64,000 nucleotides of DNA from Camelus ferus. Taxonomy: Eukaryota. The position numbers were made by a program, and so were the translations under genes. Position 1 is the first letter of the stretch; each line of letters begins with the position of its first letter. The stretch covers positions 8,000,001-8,064,000 of the forward strand of contig NC_045697.1 in assembly GCF_009834535.1 (NCBI RefSeq). The letters are read 5' to 3'. This document shows positions 26,291 through 39,917 of this stretch, piece by piece. The notes beneath the pieces are model-generated. The model was given only the letters and a program-made list of their open reading frames with translations, did not search any database and was not told the origin of the DNA.

Positions 26291-27459
26291 ACGACTTGTG
26301 CTCTGAGGCCAAGTTCTGGTTCTCCAATCAGAAAAAAATGCTACGACTTTGCCTGAGGAAATCACTAAAGCTGATAGACAATGAAGATTTCTGATCCAGA
26401 AGCTGTTTTATTCCTTCCAGCTCTCTGCCTCTTATTATACTCCTGGGGGGAGAAGGGCAACGACTGCCATCCATCAAAGGTGAGAGTCGTGGAACAGCTA
26501 ATTGGTTTTGAATTTAGTCTCATCAGGGGGTCAAGAAAAAATCTGGATCAGAACTGCCAGTTTTGAGTTCGTCCTTAATTTATTGTCGTTGGCAAAAAGA
26601 AGAGATGAGATACATTTTTCAAAAGTTGAAGAGAAAATGATCTCCCAGGTACCTAATTTGCATGTTAGAAATAATCCTTGACTATCAAGGTTCATGAAAG
26701 TTCGAGTTGGGACCAAAAGTGATAGTCAGTTCTCAGATAACAAAGGGATGAAAGGGAACGTGGACACAGATAAACCGAAGCTGTAGCACAGAGGGTACTG
26801 CTGAGACGACAAAGCTAGCGCCACCAGACCCGATCTTATTTTTGGTAACTCTGCCCTGCCCACCCACTGTGGGTGCAGTTGTCTTATTCTTTTCTCTTTT
26901 CTAAGGAACTTCCAATGTTTTACTTGTCATCTATGCTCACAAAGCTTATAGAAGAGAAAACATATGGAGAAATCCAAGCCACTGAAGGCCTCTGTACTTA
27001 CCTTTGGCCTGATCCTTACCAGCTAAACTGCCAACCTCTTCCTCCAAAACCCCAGTCATCTAGAAAATTCAGGCCACACATCTATTCATTCCTGTACACC
27101 AGACCCAGACTGAGTTAGTCGACTTAAAGTAGCATTGAGGTGAAGCAATGTAGGAGGAACTGTGTGTTGAAGTTAGAGTAGAAATTAAAGATTGCTTAAT
27201 AATGAGTTCCCCATGCCCTTAAATGTGAAGGACATTTCTGTTAACCACAAAGAATTTGCAAACCCTTTAACCTGACACTGGATAAATGACACTTGAATAC
27301 TTGTATCAGACGTTCCTGGAGTCACTAATCACAGGCCCTAAGAGCTTTGCAGTGGTTATGTACCTACCCTCGCGTTCAGGGCTCAGTGAGAGCTGGAGTT
27401 GCACAAGCACTCATAATGTTCTTGATCTGAGGAAGATCCCCCATCCCACCTCAGCTGAG

Positions 27460-27680
27460 TTCAATTCAACACATATTCCATAAACACATTTTATGTATCG
27501 GGCACTGAGATGGATGCTGAACATACAGTGGTGACTAAGCGAGGGTCCCACTGGTTCATAGACTAGTGAGGGAAGTAGCTGTAATAGATTATTTTGGTTT
27601 AGCATTATGAGCTCAGTGATAAAGATAAGCATTGGAGGCTATGAAATTAGTGGGCAGTGGATGTCCTAAATGGGGCATCT
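27460..27680 (-). mobile_element. L2 3' end fragment
   Basis: ttcaattcaacacatatt...atgtatcgggcactgagatggatgctgaacatacagtggtga. Confidence 0.65.
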
Positions 27681-28954
27681 CTCCCTTCTTCATTCATAAA
27701 AGAGGCACCTGAGAATACCATTGTCTGTTCAACAATATCTCTGAGAAGCCATAAAACTTAATAAATTTTAAGTTGAATTCAAGTTTGAAGTTCAGGTAAT
27801 GTCTCCAGCATGATGACTTCTAGAAACAGTAGTGAGAGTTCTCTCTGTTTCAGCATACAACACTAATTATCTCTTGAAGTCTTTTAGCTTAATGAGACAA
27901 ACTCTACTGACTTGGTCTCCCTGGAATTATATGTCTTAGTTACCAAATCCTTATGTTAGATAATGTTCTTCATTGGAGCACTACTCGTTCTCATTGGGAA
28001 TCAAGTCACAGAGAATGAAATGACTTCTGAAGCTAGGAGTGGAGGTGAGGGGAGAGACTGAGAGGCAAAGAGACAAAAACAGAGACAGAATGAGATCTTA
28101 TGTCAGCCAGAGGATCAGAGGATGAGTCAGGATGTGATGAATATCAAAGAAGTTTGTTAGTTACATTTCCTTTCTCTTAAAGTGAGGCAGTGTCTGTGAG
28201 TGGCCAGGTCAGAGCTCTCTTTGCTGCCTGGACTAGTGATGGAAACTGAGTAGAGAACTCCCAGTTGGAAAGTTAGCCCTCCCAGCCAGGAAGTGAGGGG
28301 TCACCTTGATTCCCTCCACAAGGATGACTGATACCATATTAGCCCCCACATTCATGATCAGAGATGAAAAAGAAACGTGGATGGCAACACTTGGTTGTGC
28401 CTAGCGGATCCTTAGAGATTTTTTATCAAGCATGCATTTAGAAAAAAGCAACATGCCAGGAATGAAGAGAACATGTCAGGGAGCATGATGAGAGGTTGTG
28501 AACCAAGCTAATAGATTGCTCTATTTAAAAAAAAAATGAAATATCTAATAAGTGGGAGGGAACAATGAAACAAGAGATACCAGGGATCATCCATAGACAG
28601 GGCAAATACGGAAGAATCAAGAGCTGACTTCAGTTCTTAAATCATGTGATTAGTGGCAACTTTCTTTTCCTCTGGTTCAACAATACCTCTTCTCCATCCC
28701 CAGTAGCTGAGAGTGAGGGGTTGTGTCTTCTCTGCAGTTTGTAATTCTCTTCCTTACCCTCAAAAATCATGACATTTAATTTCACCCTTCTACATCCTGC
28801 TGGGATACAAACACATATCAAAGATGATCCATGGCTCCAGATTTCTGATGACCATTAGCTGGTTCTTTCACTATGACCAGTAGAAATATTTTACTACTTT
28901 ACTTCTTTAGTAAATATGTCCTAGATCCCTGACATAGTTTTTTTTTTTTTTTTT

Positions 28955-29120
28955 AATCTCCATGACTCCTTGAGGTTATTCCAATTGCCCCTGCTTTATA
29001 GATAAGACAATTGAGTGTCAGAGAGGTTGACTCACTTATAAAGATTCAAACCACTTGGGTAAATTGGAAACCCTGAATTGGAACCAAGGGCTGTTTGGGA
29101 TTGGAGCTCAATCTCCTCAT
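28955..29120 (-). mobile_element. MIR SINE fragment
   Basis: ttttatagataagacaattgagtgtcagagaggttgactcactt. Confidence 0.65.
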
Positions 29121-29416
29121 TTTCCCTCCTGCCGCCTCCTCATAATCCCATCATCAAGAAGTCATAGTGATGCCTTCCTGCCTTGCACTGCATTCTCAAG
29201 AGGCTTGCCAGTCCCTTACACTGAAGCCATCTGCTTTTAATCTTCTGATTTGGAAGGATCAAAGGTACACTTCTGAATTTCTCAGTTGCGTACTTCCATC
29301 CTTGTCTCTATCCTGTGCTGAATGCTCTGATCTATCCTTTCTCCCTCCCTTTAGTGAACACTGTCAGCCATCTGTCTGTGTCCCCTCCCCTCCCCCTGCC
29401 AGCTGATCAGCCCCCC

Positions 29417-29576
29417 AGCATGCTAAAGCCTGTTTATTCTCAGCAGCATTCGCACCTCCTGGGAACTTGTCATAAATGCAAATTCACAGGCCAACCCCAC
29501 ACCTCCCACATCAGAAACTCTGGAAATGGGGACCTCTAGGTGCTTCTGATGCATGATCAAGTTTGAGAATCACCAC
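29417..29576 (+). mobile_element. MER5A hAT-Charlie MITE
   Basis: cctgggaacttgtcataaatgcaaattc...atcagaaactctgg...ttctgatgcatgatcaagtttgagaatcac. Confidence 0.85.
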
Positions 29577-30129
29577 CATAGTCTAGTAATGTGGACATCA
29601 CACAGACAGACCCACACACTGTTTAGCTGTGTAAGAACACTTAATGGATCCTCTTTCTTTTAAATCTGTGAAATGATACAACATTTTCAAAAATATTCTG
29701 ACTCACATTAGAAAAATCAAGCAAGCATATCAACTGGAATATTACAATAAAACCAGGCCCTTGGTAAGTGCCTACATATGCAGGGGTGGGATGGTGCACA
29801 GAAGGGACAAAGGAATCTTATTGGAATGCTAGGCTGTAAAGGAAATTGTTAGCTGGAAAGTAAACTCACAGACTCTTGAGTCACAAAAAAATGCAGCGAT
29901 TGCATTTTGAAGACTCAAAAGGCCTGTTCTTACATTGATTTCCACTACCCACTCTCTAAAAAAATCTGGTGTTTATTTTCTAAATTCTTAAGGAAAAGTA
30001 GAGAGAAATGCAGGGAATTGGAGAGAGGCCGATTAGCCAAGGAAAAAGAGAAACTTAATTATGACACAAAGAATATACCCTGAGGAAGCACTGCTTGTGG
30101 GAAAAACTATCTTAACAGGAGGAGAACAG

Positions 30130-30385
30130 TGAAACTCGAATGAACTCAACAAAGTCAAACTGGTACAAAGCTAATTATAATCTCTCTTTATTCCACTTTG
30201 CAGAACTAAGCATGTGTTTTATTGCGGAAACATTGGTTTGATTATGTGACACTGTCCAGATCAACCAGGGGTGTCATGTAATATAAGACATTTGTCCCAT
30301 ATTATCTTTCAAAAATCTGAAAAACTCCAAACGCCCAAGCACTGCTGGGCCCCTACTCTTCAAGGCAAGGATAATGAGCCAGTGA
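30130..30385 (-). mobile_element. Ancient Tigger-like DNA transposon MITE fragment (MamRep137-like; name tentative)
   Basis: tttgattatgtgacactgtccaga...gtcatgtaatata...attatctttcaaaaatctgaaaaa resembles a remembered mammalian DNA-element consensus. Confidence 0.5.
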
Positions 30386-30434
30386 ACCGGGAACCTGCAC
30401 TCTTGCTCCGGGTGACTTCCCACACTGCACTTCC

Positions 30435-31047
30435 TGTTAGAGCAGGTAGGTAGCTAGACGTGAGCAGAGAAAGGGGGTCACGGGTCAAATGGCAGGAAAC
30501 CATACATCTCGTGACAAAGCGGGTCCTAGGGCAGATGGAGAAAACCAGGAACCTTCAGACTGATAAGAAATCACACATTCTGAGTTGACAAGTGTCCTGG
30601 AGGCAGACAAAGAAAGGTGGGGAAAAGTCAGGAATCTCCTGCATCTGAATGTAACATGCAACCTTTTGCTCATTATGCCCTCACTACAGTGAAATTAGTG
30701 TTGCAGATAAGAGGTGCTTATCATGCACTGATGCCATGACACTTCCTATCAAGACTAAATAAGAACAAAAATCCCTCCTTCCCTCTGGAAGGTGGATCTG
30801 GGATGAAAATCAGGGAATATGACTTCAGAACCCTCCGTCCCCAATGAATATTCTGCCCATTCATTTTTTTTTTATATCACATATAACCAGTTTGCCAAAG
30901 AAACTCAGCACAGCTACTCACCTGAGTCTGACCGCTTCCCCCTTGAGTGTAAACTATCACTTAATAAATCCTCATTTTGCCGTGTTGACCTCCATGTCTC
31001 ATCTCTGAATTCTTTCTGTGAGGAGCCAAGAACCAACTCTGGTAACA
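30435..31047 (+). mobile_element. Solo ERV1-type LTR (5' end MER66/MER4-group-like), 613 bp
   Basis: Inverted termini TGTTA...TAACA; TATAA at 30882; AATAAA at 30963; U5-like tctgaattctttctgtgaggagccaagaacc; flanks share tcc. Confidence 0.85.
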
Positions 31048-32089
31048 TCCTCACCATTGTTTCCTTTCATACCCAGCTCCCTCTTCCTCCTCCACGTACA
31101 CTGACTCCCACACATCTGGCAGGAACCTCGAGGAAATGACCCTTCCTTTGAAATCCCTAGATAGAGTGGTTTTTCTTCTTTGCTCCCATTTTGCCCAAGC
31201 CTTCTCACAGAAGTGAAGTGGTTTTCCTAATATCACACAATATCACAGATTTGGAAATCAAGTCACCCCTAGAGCAAGAAGAAAAAGAAATACAAGAAAG
31301 AGATTTGGAGTATAAGTAAGGCCTCCATCCAGGTGCTCAAATGTCTTAAAACTCTTGGTTCCAAAAATCAAGAGAAGCACAAAGACTGTTCCATTCTGTA
31401 ATCTTGGTGCCAAGTAGTATGCTCTTGAAGCATCTGCCTTCAGAAAGGGGACACTAGCCAATGCCCTCCCCTCAATGGTTCTTTCCTCTTGCATTTGGAA
31501 GCACAAGAAGAGTCAGTTTATTCCTGTTGTGTTTCTTTATTACTCTTTAACTGCTCCCAACTTCCCAGTACAGCTCTCCTTAGAGTCATCCATCATCACA
31601 CCTAGCCTATCCTGCATTCAAGCCCTAATAAGTTCCTTTTTACCACAGGGAGCTTATCGCTAAGACTTTAATGAGCTGCAGATTGTATTTACTTCTCTTG
31701 TAAATTGTTCATTATCCTTGCAAGGAAGGACATGCTCTCGCCATTTTCATTATTCAAGACGCTCGTGTTAAATCACTTTACGTGCACTTTTATTTTTTTT
31801 GCAAATCATATATATCCATCTTTCAATTTCAATTATAGGGAGAATAAAATATTTACAATGTTCTGGCACCTTGAAATTTATTAAATAAATTTTCTGATTA
31901 TTGTTAAGCTGTAATAATCTCCTTCCAAAGACAGTAGCACTTTACCTGCAATTCAGTTCATAAAAAAACACACGACGTGAGGTGTGGATGCCCTAATGGT
32001 GGGGAACGCTAGCCCTGGAGACAGGCTGGTGTGCCTTTTACAAGAGATGCTGCTAGTCACTAAAAGTGGGTTACTAAGCATATTTAATA

Positions 32090-32345
32090 GCAGTAATGAT
32101 GGCTAATACATATTTGAATACATATACCTTAGTCACAAGGTACTGTGATAAACACTTAACAAGCGTTATCCCCTTTCAGATTTATAATAATTATGTGCCA
32201 TAAGAACAAATAGTATGCCCACTTTACAGATGAGGAATCAGAGGCACAGAAAGGTCAAACAGCTTACTCAAAACCACACAGCTCATGGACAGAGGACCCG
32301 CACTCAAAGCCAGGCAAGGTGCACCCAAAGCCCACTCCTACTGCA
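32090..32345 (-). mobile_element. MIR SINE, near full length
   Basis: Well-conserved core cccactttacagatgaggaatcagaggcacagaaaggtcaaacagcttactcaaaaccacacagct. Confidence 0.85.
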
Positions 32346-34529
32346 ATGTTCTTTTAAAAAGGCGGAAGATTTATTCAACCTGAAGAGGAACCAGGGTGTT
32401 GCAATGTTCTTTTAAATGCAAGTTTCCTCTTTTTTAAGATGAGGATAATAATGCTGCAAATCTGAGGGGTTCTTGAGGGAATGAGGGGAAGCAATGGGGC
32501 TAAGACAGGCAGCAAGCACACTGCCGGCCTGGCTTAGTAAGGTCTCCTTCCAGAGGCCACCGTGAGAAACTCCCCAGGGTCGTGGGCTAATAAGGCGCTG
32601 AAATTATACAGGAACTTAAGGGAAAAATCAAACAAATGATGAAGACTTTGAGGGCAATTTAGAAGCTGGGAGCATTTGAACGTGAGATCTGCTATTTGGG
32701 GGAGAAGTACCACTGCCTGTGTTAGAGCACAGCAGTATGTATGTACATATACACGCCCGGCTGATAGGAAAACTCTTGCCAGAGGTGTACACGAAGCATT
32801 ACTTGCTGTATCTGCTTTTTTAATCTCTTCCATTTACTTTTTCCCAGTCTTTCCTTCATATACACCTTTTTCTTCATACAATTTTTCCAGCAATATGGCA
32901 GAACTGTAAATAGTTTGCCATGGTTTATGGGGTTTATGGGAGGAAGAGAAGCAACTTTTTAACTGTCCTCTCTGTGCCAGGACCTTAAACTCACTTGGTC
33001 TTCACAAACTCTGTAAGAAAAACACTGTTATCCCATAATACAGATGAGGAAAGCTGCCTTAAGTCCGCAGAACTGACCTTACCCGCTACCTTGCCTGACA
33101 TCCAGGGAAAAGCTCACAGGAGTTCATTCTCACCTAGACCCATACATAATAGAGGCTGCATCAACAAAGAAGAATATGTGTACGTTTTAAAGAAACATCT
33201 TCAATTTGTTTCTCTTTTCTTTATTAGTGCAGCAAATTATTCTCCTTGTGTATCTCTGTGTTTGCTTCTCCAGGGAAGAGAAACATGTCTTTGCTTACAA
33301 TATACATGCATGCATGCACACAAGTGTGTGTATGTATATACATTAGAACTGTGTTGGCCTGGCACATAGAAATTTTCTTGACTACAGACTGGTGGCTGGT
33401 TACTGCACTGCCTTCAACCATAGGGGGCTTACGGCTGGGATCGAGTTCCACCAAGAGCAGAGACAGTGGTCCTTACTGAGAGTCCCAAGTTTAAACTGTA
33501 CTTAGAATTTGAGCTCCCAGCATTTCTTTGCTAATATTTGGCTTGCATGGTTTGACTAGACACGAGACACAAATGCAGTGAGCCGAGGGTACATTTCAGT
33601 CCGCCTCTGGACCCTGACCACATGCTTGCATGCACTCAAAATCATCCCTCGGTACGTTACCATGTCAGCTCCTGTCGTAAGAAGATTTTGCTGACTTATT
33701 TTAATTCTGAACCATAATCATTCTGTTCTACCTGCAGACTTTTTTTCCCTCTGCCCCTTTATTTCTCCTTTTCTTCTAAGGTTGAAATTAGGTCACTTAT
33801 TTCCAGAATGGCATGGCAGGTTTTTTTCCCCCTCTTTTTCTAGGTTGGTAGCAATAATATAATAAAATCTGAAGTCCTAAACACAGGAGATAGGGAGAAA
33901 CTGAAGTTTCCTTTTTATATCACAAATCTAGGCTCCCTGGAGGCTCTCAGAGAGCTGATTTCCTTTCACTCTAAAATTGTCCCCTGGCGCAGGCATAGAA
34001 AATAGCACTCCTTTTTGCATTTTTTTTTTAACACAGTGATGCAGATAGGTTGATTTCAAAGGCTTCAGATGAATTAGTGTGATAGTATGTCCCTGAGGAG
34101 AGATTGCCACAAAGGAAAAGAGCTAAGAGGGGAAAATGCACTTAGCACTCAAGGATGTTAAGAGTTTGTACTCGGTCCTATAAACCCAAATGGAAGAAAT
34201 AGGAAGGAAAGAACATTAGACTAAGAAAATAAGTCCTGGATCTGACTCTTTGTAGAGTGAGACCCTGACGTAGCCGCATTGTCCCCTGAGCCTTGGTTTC
34301 TTTCAGCTGTGCAAAGTGTCAATGCTATTTTGGTTTAGATTAATAAACAAGTATCAAAGGAGAAGAGGGAAGTCATTCCGCTGCTAAAACCTTCTCCCAT
34401 CCTTGTCTCTCTCCTGCAGGTATCACTCCAAGAGGGGCCCTTTCTCTCAGGTCAAAATGATCCTTCTCTTCCTGGGCATTGATTGCTGAAACCGCCCCAC
34501 TTTGAGATACTGTTAACCAATTACAGCCT

Positions 34530-34720
34530 GTCTCCAACATCAATTCCATTCTCTCTCCAATATCTTCATTATCACTTTCTCAACTGGCTCTTTCCATAAA
34601 GAATTTAAAACACTTGAGTCTCTCTCAATGTAAGAAAAAAACAAACAAGACATAATTTTCTTTGGACCCCGTCACCCCTTCCGGTATTGCTCCCTCCCCT
34701 GAGAGCCAAACATTCCATTT
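34530..34720 (+). mobile_element. L2 ORF2 (RT region) fragment
   Basis: ctcaactggctctttccataaagaatttaaaacacttgagtctctctca...ttggaccccgtcaccccttcc resembles the L2 FKHAQVSPILKK..LDP region. Confidence 0.55.
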
Positions 34721-36042
34721 TCTTTGGCTGCTCTCCCCACTTCACCCAGTTTCTCCCTCCCTCTTCATCTCTAACTTCTTTCTTTTTTCTGTTTTTCCCT
34801 TGGAAATAGTTCCCTTTTGTCTTCTGGTGGTCACCTCTATACTGTCACTAATACATTTTTTAAAGACATTATTTGTTGGCTTTGGCGATGAAAGGTTAGA
34901 ATTCAACTTTTTTTCTTTCCGTTCCCTTGAAATTTTGATAGTAAGTATTTTACTTCCATTTCTCTCCTAAGCCATCAATTTTATGTTATCTTTGTAATTT
35001 TTCTACATGGAGATGAAAATATGATTATACCCTTCTCTCTCCCTTACCTTTTTCCCTGCTGCCCCCATCTTCCGTCAACTGTAACTTGACTTTTGCATTG
35101 AAAAATTATATAACATTTATTTTCTGTTCTCTAAACATTATTCTGTCTTCCATGTTCTGTCAAATGTTGATCCTTAAAGGTTGATATCAACTAAACAGTG
35201 TTTAATTCATTTACTTTTTTTTTCTTTGTTGAAATAAGCAGTGTGTGTTTCTTTACCCTCTCGCTAATAGTTGCTCCCTTCTTAGCAATTCTAAAGTGGG
35301 ATCCATCCCATGCTTCTTTTTGCAGCTTATAGGTTAAAAATCCTAATTTATATCAGTAGCTTTCTAAGCACAATTTTCAACAGGCACTGTGATATTTGCA
35401 TATTGGATTCCTGCTCCAACTCATATCTACTTCAAGCCATATTTTGCTGTCAGTCCTATGAACCCTGTTGTAATTTGATGCATTCAACTGCCTATAATAT
35501 TTAAACAATTTCTATAGTTAGTTGGAGTATATATTGGTTGGGGCATGGCTTTTACTAAATTTAAGTCCTAAAACAAATGCTATCTGAGAAGCACATATTC
35601 ATGAGAGTTTTTTTAAGAATCTTAAAGAATTCTTTTAAAAGAACATTTAATTGTTTTTATTTAGAAAAGAAGATGCCTTAGACTTGTCTAAGCATTTTTT
35701 TAAAGGTAGTAATAAATAACAGAATGGTCAAAGCATCTATGGTTCACTCCTTCCAGAGTTATCCAGAGAACTGAGATGAGTGGAAATTTCCACATATAGA
35801 GATGAGATTGGAAAGATACATTGGAAGATGGAATGTGGTACAGCAGAAACACTCCACACTCCTATTTCCCTATCTTTACTTTATTATATTCAACACCCTA
35901 TAAAATCATAGTTGCTTTAATTATCTTCATCATCTTCATAATCACCATTATGTGCCAATTTAGCATTTCAAAATGAAGGAGAAAATTAAGTTACAGAAAT
36001 ATTTCCTCTGAGTCTCCCTCACTCCCAAACACATTTGCCTTA

Positions 36043-38045
36043 TTTTTTTTTTTTTAATTTTGGCTTTATTGGGGCATAATTCACATACAACATTGTAAGA
36101 TATTTAAAGTGTACATTGTGGTGATTTGATAAACATATATTGTGAAAGGCTTTCCCATCTAGTTAATTAACATGTATATCACCTCATGTATTTTCCTCTT
36201 TTTCTTTCTTTCTTTCTCTTTTTGGGGGCGGAGAATGTTTAAGCTCTACTCTGTTAGCAAATTTCAATTACACAATACAGAACACTGTTGTCAACTACAG
36301 TCAACATGTCCTACAACAGATCATCAGAACTTACTCATATTAGAGCTGAAATTCTGTGCCCTTTTACCCACTTTTTTCTATTTTCCTCACCCTACAGCCA
36401 CTAGCAACTAATTACTTCTCAACCCTCTAAGAGTTACTACGAGTTTGATTTTTTTGTTCGTTTTTTTAGATTTCACATATAAGTGACACCATGCAGTATC
36501 TGCCTGTCTCCGTTCACTTTATTTTGCTTAGCGTAATGTTCTCAAGGCCCATCCGTGGCAGAATTTCCTTCTTTCTTACAGCTGAGCACACACACACTAA
36601 ACATGAGAGCACAGATACCTCTTCGATATTCTATTTTCATTTCCTTTGGATATGTGTCTAGAATTGGGATTGCTGGATCATTTGGTAGCTTTATTTTCAA
36701 TTTTTTTGAGGAACTCCACTCTATTCTTCATATTGGCTGTATCAGTTTACGTTTCCACCAACAGTGCACAAGAGTTTCCTTTCTCTGCATCCTTCCCAAC
36801 ACTTACTATCTCTTGCCCTTTTTTTTATGATAGCTATTCTTACCATTGTAAGGTGATATTTCATTGTGGTTTTGACTTTCATTTCCCTAATAATTAGTAA
36901 TGTTTCTCACCTTTTCATATACCTGTTGACCATTTCGATGTTTTATTTGGGGAAAAAAAATCTACCCAATTCCTCTGTCCATTTTTAAATCAGATTGTTT
37001 AATTTCTTTTGACATTGAATTGAACGAGTTCTTTATATTTTGGATATTAACCCCTTAGATGATTTGCAAATATTTTCTTCCCTTCTGTAGGTCACCTTTT
37101 CATTTTGTAGGTTTCTTTTGCTTAACAAAAGCTTTTCAGTGTAATGTGACCTCACTCATTTATTTTGCTTTTATTGTCTTTGCTAGTAGTAACAAATCAA
37201 AAAAAAAAAAAATCATTGCTAGGATCAACATCAGAGAGTTTACCCCCCGTGTTTTCTCTAGAGTTTTATGGTTTGGGGTCCTACATTTAAGAATTGAATA
37301 TATTTTGAATTGATTTTTGCAAATAATGTAAGATAGAGGTCAATTTTCATTGCTTTCCCTGTGACTGTCCAGTTTTCCCGGCACCATTTATTAAAGACAC
37401 TACCCATCTCTGATTGTATAGTCTTGGCTCCTTTGTCATAAATTCATTGACCATATATGTGAGGGCTTATTTCTGGGCTTTCTCTTCTGTTCCACTGATC
37501 TACGCATCTGTTCTGATGTCAGTACCATACTGTTTTGATTATTATACTTCTGTCATATAAGAAAAATCAGGAAATGTGATGCCTCTAGCTTTGTTCTTCC
37601 TTTTCAAGGTTTCTTTGGCTCTTTGGGGTCTTTTCTGTGGTTCCATACAAATTTTAGGATGACTTGTTCCTTTTCTGTGAAAAACACTATTGGAATGTTG
37701 ATAAGGATTGCACTGAATCTGTAGATAACTTTGGTTAGCCTATATGTTTTAACAACGTTATTTCTTCTAATCCAGGGGCATGGAATATCTTTCCATTTAT
37801 TTCTGTCCACTTCAATTTATTTTATCAATATCTTATTCTTCAGTGTACAGATCTTTTACCTCTTTAGTTAAATTTTTCTAAGGTTTTATTCTTTAATTTG
37901 CAATTTTTTGTAAATGGGATTCATTTTAAAATTTCTCTTTCTGTGTATAGAAATGCAACTGATTTTTATGTGTATTAATTTTTTAGCCTGCAATTTTACT
38001 GAGTTTATTTACTAGTTCTTATACTTTTTTGTTTAGTCTTTAGAT
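36043..38045 (-). mobile_element. 5'-truncated L1 (L1MA9-like 3' UTR plus ORF2 3' half), about 2 kb
   Basis: Poly-T at 36043; tttaagctctactctgttagcaaatttcaa; ORF 37604-37810 NKWKDIPCPWIRR..IYRFSAI..IPIVFFTE; degenerate TSD aaacacatttgcctta (36027) / aaacccattaaccata (38046). Confidence 0.92.
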
Positions 38046-38929
38046 AAACCCATTAACCATAATTTCCAGTGTGTATTACTTTTCTAAAAGTACTCTTTTA
38101 TTCATTTAGTTATATTCTAACAGCTTGTTTTAATCCAAGTTTTTTTTTTCCTTAGTTTATCCTTATGCTTATAAACTCTGGCATTAAAAAAGCAGAAAAG
38201 AAAGAATGAAATAGAAAAGAAAAAGGAAAAGGAAAAGAAAGAGAGATGGGGAGGTCAAGTAAACAAACTAATTCTTCCCTTTGAAAGTAGAGTATACCAT
38301 TTACAGCTTCAATGATTTCAAGTTTAGAATCTTTCAGAGCCCAGATGCAAGCCAGAGGGTCATAAAAAATGAGATTTGACTTATAAAAGAAGAAAAGAGC
38401 TTGCTGCCCTGTATTTCAATCCATTTGATCTTACCACAGTATCAGCTCAGAGAACACTTTTTTAAATGTCATTTACTCGTGGCAGAGGCAAACAGTCTCA
38501 CCTCCTGATGGTGTTACCTTGTTAAGAAGCATAATGCCTTCCTAATAAAATCCAGGTGATTTATAGCCTGTACACAGAGGAAGCAGATTTGGTGTAAAAA
38601 TTGACAGTTATGCAAGTATCAGAAATACCAGCTGCTACATTTTGGTTCCCTCTGGAAAGGAATTTGCCCTCTTGCTGGGAACCATCTGCATAAAGTAGGA
38701 AGACTCGTTGCCAGGAAGTTTCCCCATATCCGTGTCCTAGAATAACCTAGACACTCTTTTATGGCCCTCTTTCATGTGGTTAGTAATAATAACATTAATA
38801 GTATATACTTTAATACCAATTTGCAATACAATAACAAGAATAATAATTGAAAATATTAATGAAAAACTAAACGTTTGGAGTGATGTGTTCAAAATTAAGT
38901 TTGAGTATCCTTTTTTGTAAGCCTCCGTC

Positions 38930-39158
38930 TCTGATCATGCCCCACCCTCATATGGATTAAGGACTCCTCATGGTGCCTACCACAGCATCCTGAGCTTAAC
39001 CTTTATAACAACTGATACACCACATTTTAATTACTGTTTTCCTTTGCTTTATGTGCCAAAGTAAAAGATTATGTCTCATTTGAATCTACATTCCCAATAT
39101 GTGGTTCAATTTCTGGCATATAATAGGCACTTAATAAATGTTAATGAATGAATGAATT
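38930..39158 (+). mobile_element. L2 3' end
   Basis: tctggcatataataggcacttaataaatgttaatgaatgaatgaat tail. Confidence 0.8.
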
Positions 39159-39159
39159 C

Positions 39160-39345
39160 ACAAAGCACTTGCACACACAGTTTCTCATCTGATTAGTATA
39201 ATTACCCTGCTGAGTGAAGGCACAGAAAATTTTATTAGTACCACCTTTACAGATGGGAGGGAGCAAAAATGTTTTGGGACATGACTTACAAAGTTATGTT
39301 GCAAATCAATGGCAGAGGTAGTGTTCCAAGTTCTGCTCACTCAAG
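39160..39345 (-). mobile_element. MIR SINE fragment
   Basis: ccacctttacagatgggag...atgacttacaaagttatg...aatggcagagg. Confidence 0.55.
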
Positions 39346-39917
39346 CTGCCACCTTGCTCAGAAGGATGATGGTGAGGGACAGATTTAGTGTCCAGGTCTC
39401 CTTAGGTCCTAGATGAGAATTCAGGTACCTGGACATTACTAGACTTTGGGTTTGAGCAAATTGTGCTCATTGACATTACCAGTCTAAAGAAAGTGAGCAG
39501 ATAAATGTGAAGGTGTGTTACAAAAGGAAAACCCTAAATAAGCCAACATTTTGACCATTTATAATCCGTAAAGCGTGATAAGGCCAAAAGTGACCATTTA
39601 TTCATTCGTTCGTGAAAGGGGTTGCCTATTTAGAGACCAGTGGTCTCGTTGTTCCCATTCCTAGTATCTGCTCTCTTGCAATTCATTCTCCATGCCATAG
39701 CCAAGTGAACATTCCAAGAGGCAAAGCTATTGTTCCCCAATGTAAAACCTTCCTGGTATCTCAAAAGGCTCCTGGTATCTCAAACCACTCCAAACATAAT
39801 CCTCGAAGATGCAACCCTGCACCCTACACAAACTTCATCAAGATGCAGTCTTCCCTCCCTGCTGAGCAGCTCTTGTCTCATTGGTCTTCTGCATCTTCAG
39901 AAGTGCATAAGGGATGG

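Noticed and set aside
26812..26835. Possible CTCF motif (agcgccaccagacc)
   Set aside because: Only the GGTGGCGC half matches; several core mismatches.
27880..28420. Possible ancient LTR or enhancer with AP-1 (tgagtca) and ETS (caggaagtg) motifs
   Set aside because: I could not assign a family or termini, and single short motifs are expected by chance.
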